Part shown: positions 39,575-51,834 of the stretch, in pieces
How the letters are laid out: each line of letters opens with the position of its first letter
Numbering within the stretch: the first letter of the stretch is position 1
NCBI GenBank assembly: GCA_030390025.1
Contig: CM059432.1
Coordinates: forward strand, 144,586,001-144,650,000
Reading direction: 5' to 3'
Origin: Squalus acanthias
Taxonomy: Eukaryota
Length of the DNA: 64,000 nucleotides
Translations under genes and position numbers: made by a program
Notes under the pieces: model-generated
The model's input: the letters and a program-made list of their open reading frames with translations, nothing else
The model's database searches: none
What the model was told of the DNA's origin: nothing

Positions 39575-40230
39575 AGTAGGACATGGGGACAAGCTAGTGA
39601 AGAGCAAACTCAGGACCGATATCAGTAAACTATTCATCGCACAAAGATAATCAGAACATGTGATGGGCTCCCAGATGGAGCAGAGGAGGCAAAAACCCTG
39701 GAATCATACAAGAAACAATTGGACACTGCAATGGGAGATTGTAGGCTGCTTCTGGATGGATGAAGTAAAAGAAGGAACTTGCATTTATATAGCGCCTTCT
39801 ACGACATTCCAAAGCCCTTTACAGTCAATGAAGTACTTTTGAAGTGTAGTCACCGTTGTAATGTAGGAAATGCGACAGCCAATTCATGCACAGCAAGCTC
39901 CCACAAACAGCAATGTGATAATCTCCAGATAATATTTTAGTGATGTTGATTGAGGGATAAATGTTGACCAGAACACTGGGTAGAACTCCCCTGCTCTTCT
40001 TCGAAATAGTGCTGGGGATATTTTACCTGAGAAGGCAGACAGGGCCCCGGTTTAACATTTCATCTGAAAGACAGCATCTTTGACAGTGCTGCACTGAAGT
40101 GTCAGCCTAGATCATGGGCTCAAATCTCTGAAGTGGGACTTGAACCCACGACCTTCTGACTCGGAGGCGAGAGTGCTACCCACTGAGCCACAGCTGACAC
40201 ACAAGCAAGATAGGCCAAATGGCCTTCCGC
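39575..40230 (+). mobile_element. Old CR1 3' fragment interrupted by a SINE
   Basis: Degenerate RGH/FF.QR/W..LP region; 3'UTR GATAGGCCAAATGGCCTTCC resumes after the SINE. Confidence 0.6.
39768..40200 (-). mobile_element. SacSINE1-like DeuSINE
   Basis: Head, core and tail match 4503-4970. Confidence 0.87.
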
Positions 40231-42138
40231 TTCTATAATTAACTTGCGATCGTTACCTCTTTAAGAGCTCAATTAATATTTTTACAGCATATTCCAAAGT
40301 ATCAATTTCAATTCCACATTACTTGCAAGAGTGCCCCTGTGTAGTGAGCAGCCACTGCACCAGCTCTGCAAATGCAGGCTTGTCACCATGCCAGAGTTTG
40401 TACATGGCACTGACACACTTCCTCCATCAATGTTGCGTTAACAAGGTCGCCAGGTTTCAGTTGGGATTTTGTTATTTGTTTCCCTGGGGAGGAGGCCGAA
40501 CGATCAGTAAGTGCAATGGATTTACATTTAACACACAACACATTTTAACGTGCTCTGGTTTGTTTAGGTGTAGGCTCAGGGTTTTCCTACACACTTTCAA
40601 ACTGGCAGCATGCTACGGCTTAGCAGGAGATTACATCTGCCATTAAAAGTTCTATTATGGCAAATCCTTTAAGATGTCAGATGTACTTGGATTACAGATG
40701 ATTAATATTATGTGGGTGTTGTTTTTAAAAAAAAGTCATGAATAAATATTACATTTTCCCCAATTTAAAATGGCAGAAGTGCCCACTGAAATGCTCCCCT
40801 TACACTCCATGAATAAAACTAATTGCATCTCTATAATTCATCGTTTTGGTGCTGGGGAGTGGAACACTTCTACTTCATGCACCCAGTACCTGTATTACAC
40901 ATTACCCCAGTCAGGCGTATCTTGGGTTAGATACAAGTTAAACTCTCTTTGTTTTGCCCCAAAATGCTCCCAATTTCGAAGAAGCAGCTGTTCTAAGCTC
41001 TAATTCTTCCAAAAATCACACAGGGGGACTTGCGGATCCGAATGGTCCAACACCTGACAGTATGTTTGGAAACAGTTGATTATTAGTGGTGGCTACATAT
41101 GGGTAACAAGAGGACTCATCCCACAATCACTGCTCCCTTTTTTATAATAGTTTTCACATTGTGCCCAACTCAGACAGGGAAGGAGATGTGTAGCCATCTC
41201 ATCAATAACTCCAAGTACACTCTTGCCAGGTACCCTTAAGGCTGGACAGTGCCCCACTATATACAGCCATTGGCTGGGAGGGGAGGGAAGGGAAAGAAGG
41301 CAGGTTTCTCATGTATATCTGAGTGGGGAAGATGGGCAGAGTTCTGTCTCTGAAGTGGCTCCAAGTTGCAAGGTAATTCTGGGCTTAGCAAAGGCTTCCC
41401 CGTGTCACTCTGGGGCATTGATGTGCGTCAGCATTTTAGTTTCTGGGCGAGGAGCTCGGATCATCGAAGGCTGCCGCTGGTCTGCGGCATGGATTCCCGC
41501 GCAGCTGATGTGAAGCATTTGGCACTGAATGTCGTTCTCTCGGCATTCATTTAACATCGATAATTACTGTTATTTCCTTGTCACAGAGACGCTATTTGTG
41601 GATCCATTGCTATTGGGTTTTCAGTGCACAAATTAACAATTGAACAATCCAGAGTTATGAGAGAGTTTTTTAGGTTCTGTGTCCCTGTACCTTCCATGTG
41701 GAATGACTTGGAATGTTTCATGAAAGGTTGGGAACCAATGAGGTTTATTTCCATCTTTCAGTAAAATTAAAACAATTTGTTTTCACTAAACACTCAATAG
41801 TTTATAACAACATTTCTTTAACTTTACACTGAAAGGAAATGACACCCCAATTGCTTGCCAGTTGAGCAATGAATACTCTAGTTTGACAGATTTGGTGTCC
41901 ACATTTCTCTGCTCTAAGTAACGGCATCCATGGAAATCCCAAATCTGTTACATTACTTTGTGAAGTATGGGGTTTTAGTTAGCAACTTGTAGAAGCAGTT
42001 TCTTGAGGGACCTTGAGAGCGTAACATTTTCATTGCTGAGATTTCACCAAGGCAATTCTGTAGTTCATTCCAGTAACGATTAATCAAGTCAGGGAAGTTT
42101 GGCAGCTTCAATATTACAATTTTTCTTTTCTCTCTCAC

Positions 42139-42510
42139 ATGGCAGCTGTTGATGATTCTGCCATTGCCATTTACACTTCATCTACAGTCATCTTTTGTTT
42201 CTTAACTTGTCCCATTACCATCTCCTTTTGCCTTGCACCATCATCCCTTTTGTCTCTTAATCTCTCCTGCCTTCCAGCCTATCACAGACCTTCCCTTTTG
42301 TTCTTTCCTCCCCTCCCCCCTTTCCCTGCCCCTACACTTGCTTAAAAACCTGTTCCATCTCCAACTCTTTCCAGTTCTGACGAAGGGTCATCGACCTGAA
42401 ACGTTAACTCTGTTTCTCTCTCCACAGATGCTGCCTGACTTGCTGAGTATTTCCAGCATTTTCTGTTTTTATTTCAGATTTCCAGCATCCGCAGTATTTT
42501 GCTTTTGTAT
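42139..42510 (+). mobile_element. Penelope-like element terminal (pLTR) fragment
   Basis: Pyrimidine-rich body, hammerhead motif and GCTGCCTGACTTGCTGAGTATTTCCAGCATTTTCTG end; homologous to 50734-51037. Confidence 0.8.
42373..42409 (+). ncRNA. Minimal type I hammerhead ribozyme motif
   Basis: AGUU-CUGACGA-A-GGGUC-AUC-GACCU-GAAA-CGUU-AACU. Confidence 0.78.
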
Positions 42511-42861
42511 CAATGTTACTCTCAACTACAAGACCGCAAGTTTAGAATCCCAATCGTGACTCATGCTTTCTCCACAGTATATACACCAGATTTGTCCAGG
42601 CTGTCTGGGGAGGGAAATTAAAACAGGCCAGGAGGACTTGCTCCAGCAGCTTTCAAGTGCACCCCTTGGTGAGGTGTCTGAACAGCAACATCCGTTTCTC
42701 ATCAAGTATCCTTGATAAGAGACTATGGGCATTTGGAAACTTTCTGCAGGTAAAGCCACTCCCACCACGTGTCTAGTTACTTAAATGTCTTCTCTTCAGC
42801 AACTGGAGATTTCCCTGGCACAGGTAACTTGACATATTTTGTCTTCACTCGGAAGACAAGA

Positions 42862-43363
42862 GGTACAGTAGTATAGTGGTTAATTACTGGACTAGTAATC
42901 CAGAGGCCTGGAGTAATGATCCGGATATGAGAGTTCAAATCTCAGCTGGGGAATTTAAATCCAGTTAATTAAATAAATGGTAAAAACCCATCTGGTTCAC
43001 TAATGTCCTTTAGAGAAGGAACTCTGCTATCCATACCAGGCTTCTTCGACAGCACCTCCCAAATCCGCGACCTCTACCACCTAGAAGGACAAGGGCAGCA
43101 GGCGCTTGGGGACTCCATCACCTCCAAGTTCCCCTCCAAGTCATCCACCATCCTGACTTGGAAATATATCGCCGATCCTTCATCACCGCTGGGTCAAAAT
43201 CCTGGAACTCCCTCCCTAACAGCACTGTGGGAATACCTTCACCACAGGGACTGCAGCGGTTCAAGAAGACGGCTCATCACCACCTTCTCAAGGGTAATTA
43301 GGGATGGACAATAAATGTTGGCCTTGCCAGCGATGCCCACATCCCAGGAACGAATAAAAAAAA
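42862..43363 (+). mobile_element. tRNA-derived SINE joined to a LINE-derived 3' tail
   Basis: Head TAGTATAGTGGTTAATTACTGGACTAGTAATCCAGAGG...GTTCAAATC; the tail is the 3'UTR of the 6180-7343 family; ends in poly(A). Confidence 0.75.
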
Positions 43364-43600
43364 GTGAGCAGGTGTGAATAGAAATTCCTGAGAGGTCTGT
43401 GGGTCATGACAGAGGTATCCGGTTTAGTTGCTACAGACTAGTCAGAATAACTTTTCAGAAATTATCTTTGCTATGCTTCCTTATGGAGGATGATAACTAG
43501 CAGTACATCAAAAGTAACATGAATTTCCAGTAGGTCCATGGTTATATCCTGGCTCAACACAGGACGTGCTAGCAGTTGAGAAACAATATTTACAATATAC

Positions 43601-43695
43601 TCTGTTTCTCTCTTCACAGATGCTGCCTGACCTGCTGAGTATCTCCAGCATTTTCTGTTTTTATTTCAGATTTCCAGCATCTGCAGTATTTTCTT
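43601..43695 (+). mobile_element. Penelope-like 3' fragment with 12 bp TSD
   Basis: TSD TTTACAATATAC at 43589-43600 and 43696-43707; matches 42410-42505. Confidence 0.78.
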
Positions 43696-43732
43696 TTTAC
43701 AATATACCTACTGGTTGAGATCAGTGCTCAGT

Positions 43733-44319
43733 CAGCCCCAGCCCGAGCCCCAGAGCCCCATCCCCAGCCTTAGCCTCATACCCAGCCCCAGAGCCCCAAC
43801 CCCATACGCAGCCCGATACCCATCCCCAGCCCCATAGCCAGAGCCCCAGATCCATACCCATCCCCATAGCCCTGGACCCATCCCCAGAGCCCCAGACTTA
43901 TCCTCAGCCCCCAACCCAGAGCTATCCCCAACCCCCGACTCAGCCCCCTACCCAGCCCCAGAGCCCCAGACCCATTCCCAGCCCTATACCCATACCCAGA
44001 CCCATCCCGAGCCCCATACCCAGAGACCCAGACCCAACCCCAGCCTCCAACCCAGAGCCCCAGACCCATTCCCAGCCCTATACCCATACCCAGACCCATC
44101 CCGAGCCCCATACCCAGACCCAACCCCAGCCCCCAACCCAGAGCCCCAGACCCATCCTCAGCCCTGTACCCAGACCCATCCTCAGAGCCCCAGCACTAGC
44201 CTCATACCCAGAGCCCCATACGCAGCGCCTCATACCAGCCACAGACCCAGCTCCACACCCATCCCCATAGCTCCATACCCAGCCCCATCCCCAGTACCCC
44301 ATACCCATACCCAGCCCCA
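43733..44319. repeat. Degenerate hexamer tandem repeat (CCCAGC/CCCAGA/CCCATA/CCCATC)
   Basis: Direct inspection; a higher-order ~90-100 bp duplication is visible around 43960-44160. Confidence 0.9.
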
Positions 44320-44694
44320 CTTGTTGATGACTGAAGCTACTCCTGGGTTAAAAGCCCTTCTTCCATATTGTCCTTTCCTCTTCTTCCTCACAGATGATGA
44401 AGGGCGCCTACACTGCAATGAAGTAGCCAATGGCCATGCATGAGTCAACCAAGATAGAGAACCCCTTAGATAAGATGACGTGAAGCTGCTCCAATCTATC
44501 AGTGCCTGTACTCATACAGGGATCACATCCCCATGCATTGGCCTGGCTCTGGTCATTGCCAAAGCTGGGGGCAGCCACTACTTCCTACCTCCCTCAATCT
44601 GTGCTTCCTCTTACAATCTATTGGCATTTAAAAAACAAGCTTCTGATTTAACTTGTCTTCTCTCCTCTTTTAATCCTTGGTGCCTTGAAATACT

Positions 44695-45727
44695 AGGCTG
44701 TAACTAGTGCGATGCCACAAGGATCAGTGCTTGGGTCTCATTAATTTACAATTTATATTAATCACTTAGATGAAGGGACCGAGTGAAATGTATCCAAGTT
44801 TGCTGACGATACAAAGCTAGGTGGGAAGGTAAGCTGTGAGGACACAAAGAGCCTGCAAAGGGTTATAGACAGATTAAGTGAGTGGGCAATAAGGAGTATA
44901 ATATGGGGAAATGTGGGGTTATTCACTTTGGTAGGAAGAATAGAAAAACAGAGTATTTTTGAAATGGTGAGAAACTATTAAATGTTGGTGTTCAGAGAGA
45001 TTTAGGTGTCCTCGTACAGGAAACAACAACAACTTGTATTTATATAGCGCCTTTAAGGCAGGTGCAGCAAGCAATTAGGAAGGCAAATGGCATGTTGGCC
45101 TTTATCGTAAGGGGGTTGGTGTACAAGAGTAAGGAAGTCTTGCTACAATCGTACAAGGCTTTGGTGAGACCACATCTGCAGTACTGTGCACAGTTTTGGT
45201 TTCCTTATCTGAAGGAGGATATACTTGCCTTTGAGGCGGTGCAACGAAGATTCACTAGACTGATTCCTGGGATGAGAGGGCTGTCCTATGAGGAGAGACT
45301 GAGTAGAATGGGCCTATGTTCTCTGGAGTTTAGAAGAATGAGAGGTGATCTCATTGAAACATATAAGATTCCGAGGGGGATTGACAGGGTAGATGCTGAG
45401 AGGTTGTTTCCCCTGGCTGGAGTGTTTACAACTAGGGGGCATAGTCTCAGGATAAGGGGTCGGCCATTTAAGACTGAGATGAGGAGGAATTTCTTCACTC
45501 AGAGCGTTGTGAATCTTTGGAATTCTCTACCCGAAAGGGCTGTGGATGCTGAATTGTTGAGTACATTAAAGGCTGAAATAGATTTTTGGTCACTCGAAGA
45601 ATCAAGGGATATGGAAATCGGGTGGGAAAGTGGAGTTGAGGTCGAAGATCAGCCATGATCTTATTGAATGGCGGAGCAGGCTCGAGGGGCCGAATGGCCG
45701 ACTCCTGCTCCTAATTATTATGTTATG
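44695..45727 (+). mobile_element. CR1 LINE (RT C-terminal half plus 3'UTR)
   Basis: KFADDTKLGG; QQAIRKANGMLAFI...LVRPHLQYCAQFW; 3'UTR. Confidence 0.93.
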
Positions 45728-45774
45728 TGCTTATGCGTCTTAGCCTTGATACATTACTGGGAGTTGGTCCAGAT

Positions 45775-46465
45775 CTGGTGGTGGCCCTAGAGATAGCGGA
45801 TGCACTAAGTATGATTTTTCAGAATTCATTAGACTCGGGAACAGTGCCCATGGATTGGAGGGTAGCTAACGTTACCCCACTATTCAAAAAGGGGGGTAAG
45901 GAAAAAGCAGGTAATTACAGACCTGTAAGCCTTACATCAGTTGTGGGCAAAATGCTGGAGTCCATCATTAAGGATGAAATAGCAGAGCACTTAGCAAATG
46001 GGGACAGGATAGGACAGAGTCAACATGGATTTACAAAGGGTAAATCGTGCTTGACTAATCTATTGGAATTTTTTGAGGGAGTAACTGGTAAAATAGATGG
46101 GGGAGAGCCAGTAGATGTGGTGTACCTGGACTTCCAAAAGGCCTTCGATAAGGTCCCACATAAAAGATTAGCATGGAAAATTGAAGCTCATGGGATAAAG
46201 GGGAAAGTATTGACGTGGATAGAGAACTGGCTGTCAGATAGAAAACAGAGAGTTGGAATAAACGGCTCATTTTCTGAATGGCAGGCAGTAACAAGTGGGG
46301 TACCACAGGGATCTGTCCTGGGTCCCCAGCTGTTCACAATTTACATTAATGACCTGGATCAGGGAGTCGGATGCAGCATTTCCAAATTTGCAGACGACAC
46401 TAAACTAGGAGGGGGGGTGGGCTCAGAGGAGGAGACCAGGAAGCTCCAGAGCGATTTGGACAGTT
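45775..46465 (+). mobile_element. CR1 LINE RT internal fragment
   Basis: Uninterrupted frame DWRVANVTPLFKKG...NYRPVSLTS...YLDFQKAFDKVPH...KFADDTKLGG; truncated at both ends. Confidence 0.93.
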
Positions 46466-47257
46466 GACAATAAAGAGAGATTAACAAGTGTTTCCTGCTG
46501 CAACAGCCAAGAAGTCTACAATTGATGTTGGCAGGGAGCGAGGCCATTTGCAGGGCAGAGTGGGAGAAGAAACCGACTGCAGAGTGTGAAGCTGGGAATA
46601 GAACAACATGTCCAAAGTGGTTTCCCCACCAGACAGCACCAGTATCCGATTTATGTGTTTGGAAGATGAATGAGGGAGAATGGCAAGTGTATTAATGCCG
46701 CCAGTATTTTCCCCACAGATATAATAGCAGTTAGAGCAGCATTAATACATTTTATCCTTTAGTACTGCTGTGCTCAGCATCACCCCAAATACAGTACACA
46801 GATATTAAGGAAAACTAAGGGGATTTAACTTAATCTGAAAGTCCTGTTGTTTTAAGTATATAATTGACACAATAATCAACCCGTTATCGTGCTGTATAAA
46901 GTGAGTCAGGTGTCTGTAGCTTGCTCTGTCCTTCCCTTGAAACAAGGACGCAGAAAAATAACAGCACCAACAAAACAGGAGTGGCTATCTCATTCAACAA
47001 AATAAACCAAACATATCAGCAATGAGGTTTACTCATTCATTATAAACGAGGCAGCACTAGGAACCATTTCCACAGCAATCTCCGGTCCCAGGAGCACAGC
47101 AGAAGGTGTTATTCCTGAAGCTCTGAGCAGTGGGTTCAGGCAGTAACAAGTAATACTGCAATGGCAATGTATAGGAAAACAGATCAGAGGGAACAGAGGG
47201 CAGAGGCTCGGCTCTGAGGGCTATGGTATTTGTGAAGTTAAGTGTGGTTAAATAAAT

Positions 47258-47708
47258 AGGATGAGGGATTACAGTTATATGGACAGAGAAGCTGGGGTTG
47301 TTCTCCTTGGAGCAGAGAAGGCTAAGAGGAGATTTGATAGAGGTGTTCAAAATCATGGAGGGTTTAGATAGAGTAAATAAAGAGAATCTGTTTCCAATGG
47401 CTGAAGGGTCGATAACAAGTGGGCAGAGATTTAAAGTGATTGGCAAAAGAACCAGAAGTGACATGACATGAGGAAAAGCTTTTTACCCAACGAGTGGTTA
47501 GGATTTGGAATGCACTGCCTGATGGGGTGGTGGATACAGAGTCAATAGTCGCCGTTAAAAGGGAATTGGATAAATACTTGAAGCAGAAAAAATTGCAGGG
47601 ATATGACGAAAGAACGGGGGAGTGCGACTAACTGGATTGCTCTTCGAAAGAGCTGTCACAGACTCGATGGGTCGAATGGCCTCCTTCTGTTCTGTACTAT
47701 TCTATGAT
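47258..47708 (+). mobile_element. CR1 LINE, 3' fragment
   Basis: KLGLFSLEQRRLRGDLIEVFKIM; TTCTATGATT tail. Confidence 0.88.
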
Positions 47709-47954
47709 TTGTTAGAAAATTGTATTCATTTATCAGGAATTCAGATGAAAATATTTGAAGGTATCTTATTTCGAAGTACTTCTGGTATGCTTTCAACTCT
47801 AATCAAAGAACTCAGGAAACAAAGTAGTTCATATTGATAATTATATCTTGTTTTGGCAGAAAGTCAAAAAGTACAGGTACTAACACAGACCAAAGGGCAT
47901 GACACAGAACAGAGACTACATCTGGCACAGTGAAATATCAAAATGGAGAATCTG

Positions 47955-48408
47955 ATTTATACAGCGTCTTTCACAACCTCAGGGTGTCCTAAGGCACTTT
48001 ACAGCCAATGAAATACTTTTGAAGTGTAGTCACTATGGTGATGCAGGAAACGCAACAGCCAATTTGCACACAGCAAACTCCCACAAACAGCAATATGATA
48101 ATGACCAGATAATTTGTTTTAATGGTGTTGGTTGAGGGATAAATATTGGCCCAGGACAGCGGGGAGAACTCCCCTGCTCTTCTTTAAAATAGTGCCGTGG
48201 GATCTTTTACGTCCACCTGAGAGAGCAGATGGGGCCTCGGTTTAACGTCTCATCCGAAAGATAGCACCTCCAACAGTGCAGCACTCCCTCAGTACTGCAT
48301 TGGGAGTGTCAGCCTGGAGTATATGCTCAAGTCTCTGGAGTGGGGCCTGAACCCACGACCTTCTGACTCGCAGGCGAGAGTGCTGCCCACTGAGCCATGG
48401 CTGACACT
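47955..48408 (-). mobile_element. SacSINE1-like DeuSINE
   Basis: Full head, core and tail match the other copies. Confidence 0.88.
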
Positions 48409-48589
48409 TAAATGTGCTTTGCCTTGGAGTAAGATGCAACATCACCCACTTAGTCTATGCAGTGAATTTCCTGTGGAGATCAGATGCTTCTCCTTAAGAA
48501 CGGAGGGATCTTCTATTTTTTTTGGCTAAATGTCCCCCCCCCCCCCCCACTCTCCTGAAGATGTTGACTTTGTGAGGTTTGTGTCCATG

Positions 48590-48800
48590 GACACCTTGGG
48601 TCTTCGCCCAAATGCTGATCCTATATTCAGCTGTGGAGGAAGAATCACAGCCAAGCCCAACTCTCTTCTGTCCTCACCCAATATCCATGTGCAAACCTTC
48701 CAGCAGAGGGTTACTGAATAGCGATCGGCAGCAGGAACCTTGGTTGCTCTTTCTCCTCCCTAGTCCAGGGGCACTGCGGGTTATGGCAGCAACCCTAACT
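48590..48800 (-). mobile_element. AmnSINE2-like fragment
   Basis: ATCACAGCCAAGCCC...CTGTCCTCACCCAA...TTCCAGCAG...CCCTAGTCCAGGGGCACTG resembles 39216-39345. Confidence 0.5.
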
Positions 48801-49514
48801 GACATGTGGGTGAGGTACGAGAGCCCACGGAGCCAGTCTACGACATGAGGAGAATTAGGGGAGCACGCTGGCCGAGGATCAGAGGCTGTAATTAGAAGAC
48901 AGAGTGTGAAGATGTTTAAGAATTTTGTTTTTTAAACATCTTCAGGACTCCATGAGAGATTTTAAAATAAAAATGGACTTTCAAATCACTTCAAAAACCT
49001 TTTTCTTGCATAGGCAGTGGTGGAGTCACATTTTTGCTGCCATCTTTCATTGTATCAAGCCATTGTATCACTACGGTCAATGACCTAGGAGGATCTGAGC
49101 CATTACTATAATTACGCTGCTTCCTCACCTCCCCTGTGAGACAATACAGGCACTTTAACTGGATTTTAGAGTAAAATGCATTCACTGAGCAGAATTAATT
49201 TCAAAGGCTGCAGCTGAAAATGGTTTGGGGGTTTTCCTGTGTGGATTCTGTGAGCAGCAGTGTTTTCTCATCAGGCACCGACTTAAGTGAAATATAAGTG
49301 GAATTAATATTGCTACAGTAATCACTTTCTTAGGGAAAAGCTCATACTTCACTGGAACTAAAGACCTAGCTGTTGTGTTTCAAGGTCATGCTCTTAATTC
49401 CATTAAGCCAGTCCTCGAAGCAACCCAGTGATAAGTGCAATTACAGAAGCCAATACCTTGGAGCTGGGCCAGGCAGGCAGCTGCTGGAACTGACTGCCTG
49501 AATAAGGCCATCTG

Positions 49515-49517
<3 letters not shown>

Positions 49518-49546
<29 letters not shown>
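49518..49546. repeat. (CA)n microsatellite
   Basis: Direct inspection. Confidence 0.95.
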
Positions 49547-49549
<3 letters not shown>

Positions 49550-49902
49550 ACTTCACCGTGAGATTCACTTACACTCAGTCACTTCCAATCAGTCCCATGT
49601 CTCACAGCACTGGGTCAGCAACCTCCTTCAGAGGGGACCGCTGAATTTAACAATGCGCAGCGAAATCACACAGACTCATTTCAGACTGAGCGCAGCAGAG
49701 ACAAAGACTAACATTCTGGCTACACTTCTCCCCTGCGCTCCTAGTCCTTGGTCACCCAGTGTCCGGGGCGGGGGGTGGGCTGGTAAATCTGCTCTGGAGC
49801 CTGGTGAAGTTTGCCATTTACAGGTTCAGGCATTGTACGATTCATGAGGGGGGAGGGGGCCTTCCAACCGCTTGCCTCTCTTTAAAGGGCTTGTCCATTC
49901 GA

Positions 49903-50065
49903 GGCGCCCGCGCCACGGAGCGGGATTGCCCGGCGCCCCGGAGCGGGATTGCGTGGCGCCCGTGCCCTGGGGCGGGATTGCCCGGCGCCCGCGCCCCGGA
50001 GCGGGATTGCCCGGCGCCCGCGCCCCGGAGCGGGATTGCATGGCGCCCGTGCCCTGGGGCGGGAC
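49903..50065. repeat. CpG-rich minisatellite, ~29 bp unit GGCGCCCG(C/T)GCCC(C/T)GG(A/G)GCGGGATTGC
   Basis: About 5-6 imperfect tandem copies. Confidence 0.9.
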
Positions 50066-50733
50066 TTCGCTGTGGCCACTGGTTTGCTTCAAGCGTTTTG
50101 TGAACTGTGATCACTGCTGGACATACTGAGTTTCGTTGGTAACTGACACAGAATCAGATTTTAATTACGCACGTTTGTCTTAGTTTAGTTCGCCTTGAAT
50201 CAATTGTTTTATTAATGCTCTCCTCGTAGACGGGGCAACTTGTCAGGAACGGACAGTCATTTTGTGGCATTGGGGGAAACCTGCTGCCGTTTTATTGGAT
50301 CAAACGAAACAGTAAAATGCACTGAACCAAAATGGTGTGGCTGAATACACGGGCCCCATTTCTGAGTGTAAGCACTTTATGCTAACGTTACACAGCGACT
50401 CTCTGTGCTCAATACTTGTGAAGTACAATAGTTGTAGCAAGCTGCAGGGTAAGCAAACACATTTGAGGCATTACAGATGTTGTGTTATCTGTATACCAAT
50501 TTCTAGGTGAGAAGCAAAGCTTCAGTCAGCTGACTCAACACCGAACTGGAAAACAGCCTTCTACATATTATATTAGCCTCAAAGACAGGTCGGGAAAAAT
50601 GAAGCGTGCAATCCAGAGTATTTGATTTTGTTGCATAACCCCAAAAGTGCCTGTGAAATTCAGCAAAAAGAGAAGAGTTCTGGAAAGTTTTCTAGTGAGA
50701 AGAGTTACAGCAAAATACAACATTACAATAACA

Positions 50734-51037
50734 ATGCTCAGCAAAATCACACAGACCCCTGCCCGCATTTTTTCCAGGTGGCAGCTGTTGATGATTCTGC
50801 CATCCCCATTTGCAACATTTAATCTCTCCTGCCTTCAATCCTAGCACAGACTGTCCCTTTAGTTCCTCCCCCCTCCACCCTTTCCCTGCCTCTGCACCGG
50901 CTTAAAGCCTGTCACTTCCCTAACTTTTTCCAGTTCTGACGAAGGGTCACAGACCTGAAACGTTAACTCTGTTTCTCTGAGTGTTTCCAGCATTTTCTGT
51001 TGTTATTTCAGATTTCCAGCATCCGCAGTATTTTGCT
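50734..51037 (+). mobile_element. Penelope-like pLTR fragment with 12 bp TSD
   Basis: TSD ATTACAATAACA at 50722-50733 and 51038-51049; homologous to 42139-42510. Confidence 0.8.
50932..50968 (+). ncRNA. Minimal type I hammerhead ribozyme motif
   Basis: AGUU-CUGACGA-A-GGGUC-ACA-GACCU-GAAA-CGUU-AACU. Confidence 0.78.
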
Positions 51038-51286
51038 ATTACAATAACAGGTACTTGTGTATAAAAGTGAAATGAGGGTCAGACTGATGAGTTATTGCAA
51101 ACCTCAGTGGCCGGCCTTCTCAGTGCCTAGTCTCTGGATTGTATGAAGCCAGCACCCTGCTGGGGCAAACCCCAAGATTCACTGGCACCCAATTATAGGC
51201 ACAAAACATGCAACTGGTAACTGTGTGCAGGAGCATCAGAACATCTGTGCGGAGAGCTGACCCAGTTGAGTATTAAGTTGCTTTTA

Positions 51287-51720
51287 CGTGGGGTTCGGGG
51301 GGGTGATGTGCCACCAGTTCCCAGCCCGTGGGGGTGATGTGCCACCAGTTCCCAGCCCGTGGGGTTCGGGGGGGTGATGTGCCACCAGTTCCCAGCCTGT
51401 GGGTTTCAGATGAGGGGTGCGGAGGGCAGTGATGTGCTGCCAGTTCCCAGCCCGTAGGGTTCGGGGGGGGGTGATGTGCTGCCAGTTCCCAGCCCGTGGG
51501 TTTCAGGGGGTGGGGGGTGCGGAGGGCTGTGATGTGCTGCCAGTTCCCAGCCCGTGGGGTTCGGGGGGTGATATGCCACCAGTTCCCAGCCCGTGGGTTT
51601 CATGGGGTGGGGGGCGCGGAGGGCAGTGATGTGCTGCCAGTTCCCAGCCCGTGGGGTTCATGGGGTGGGGGGTGCGGAGGGCAGTGATGTGCTGCTAGTT
51701 CCCAGCCCGTGGGGTTCGGG
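51287..51720. repeat. G-rich minisatellite (GTGATGTGC(C/T)(A/G)CCAGTTCCCAGCCCGTGGG..., ~30-57 bp units)
   Basis: About 9 tandem units with variable G-tracts. Confidence 0.9.
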
Positions 51721-51834
51721 CACCGGATACCAATTGCAGGGTAAACATGCCAGATTCACGAAGAACAGTTACCAGAACAACCAGTTTTTAATTCCATCTT
51801 CCCAACAGCTGCTCTAAGCAAATCTGGCAACTTT

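Noticed and set aside
43732..44320. Gly/Met/Leu-rich structural protein ORFs
   Set aside because: Translations of a hexamer repeat in several frames, with no splice or start context.
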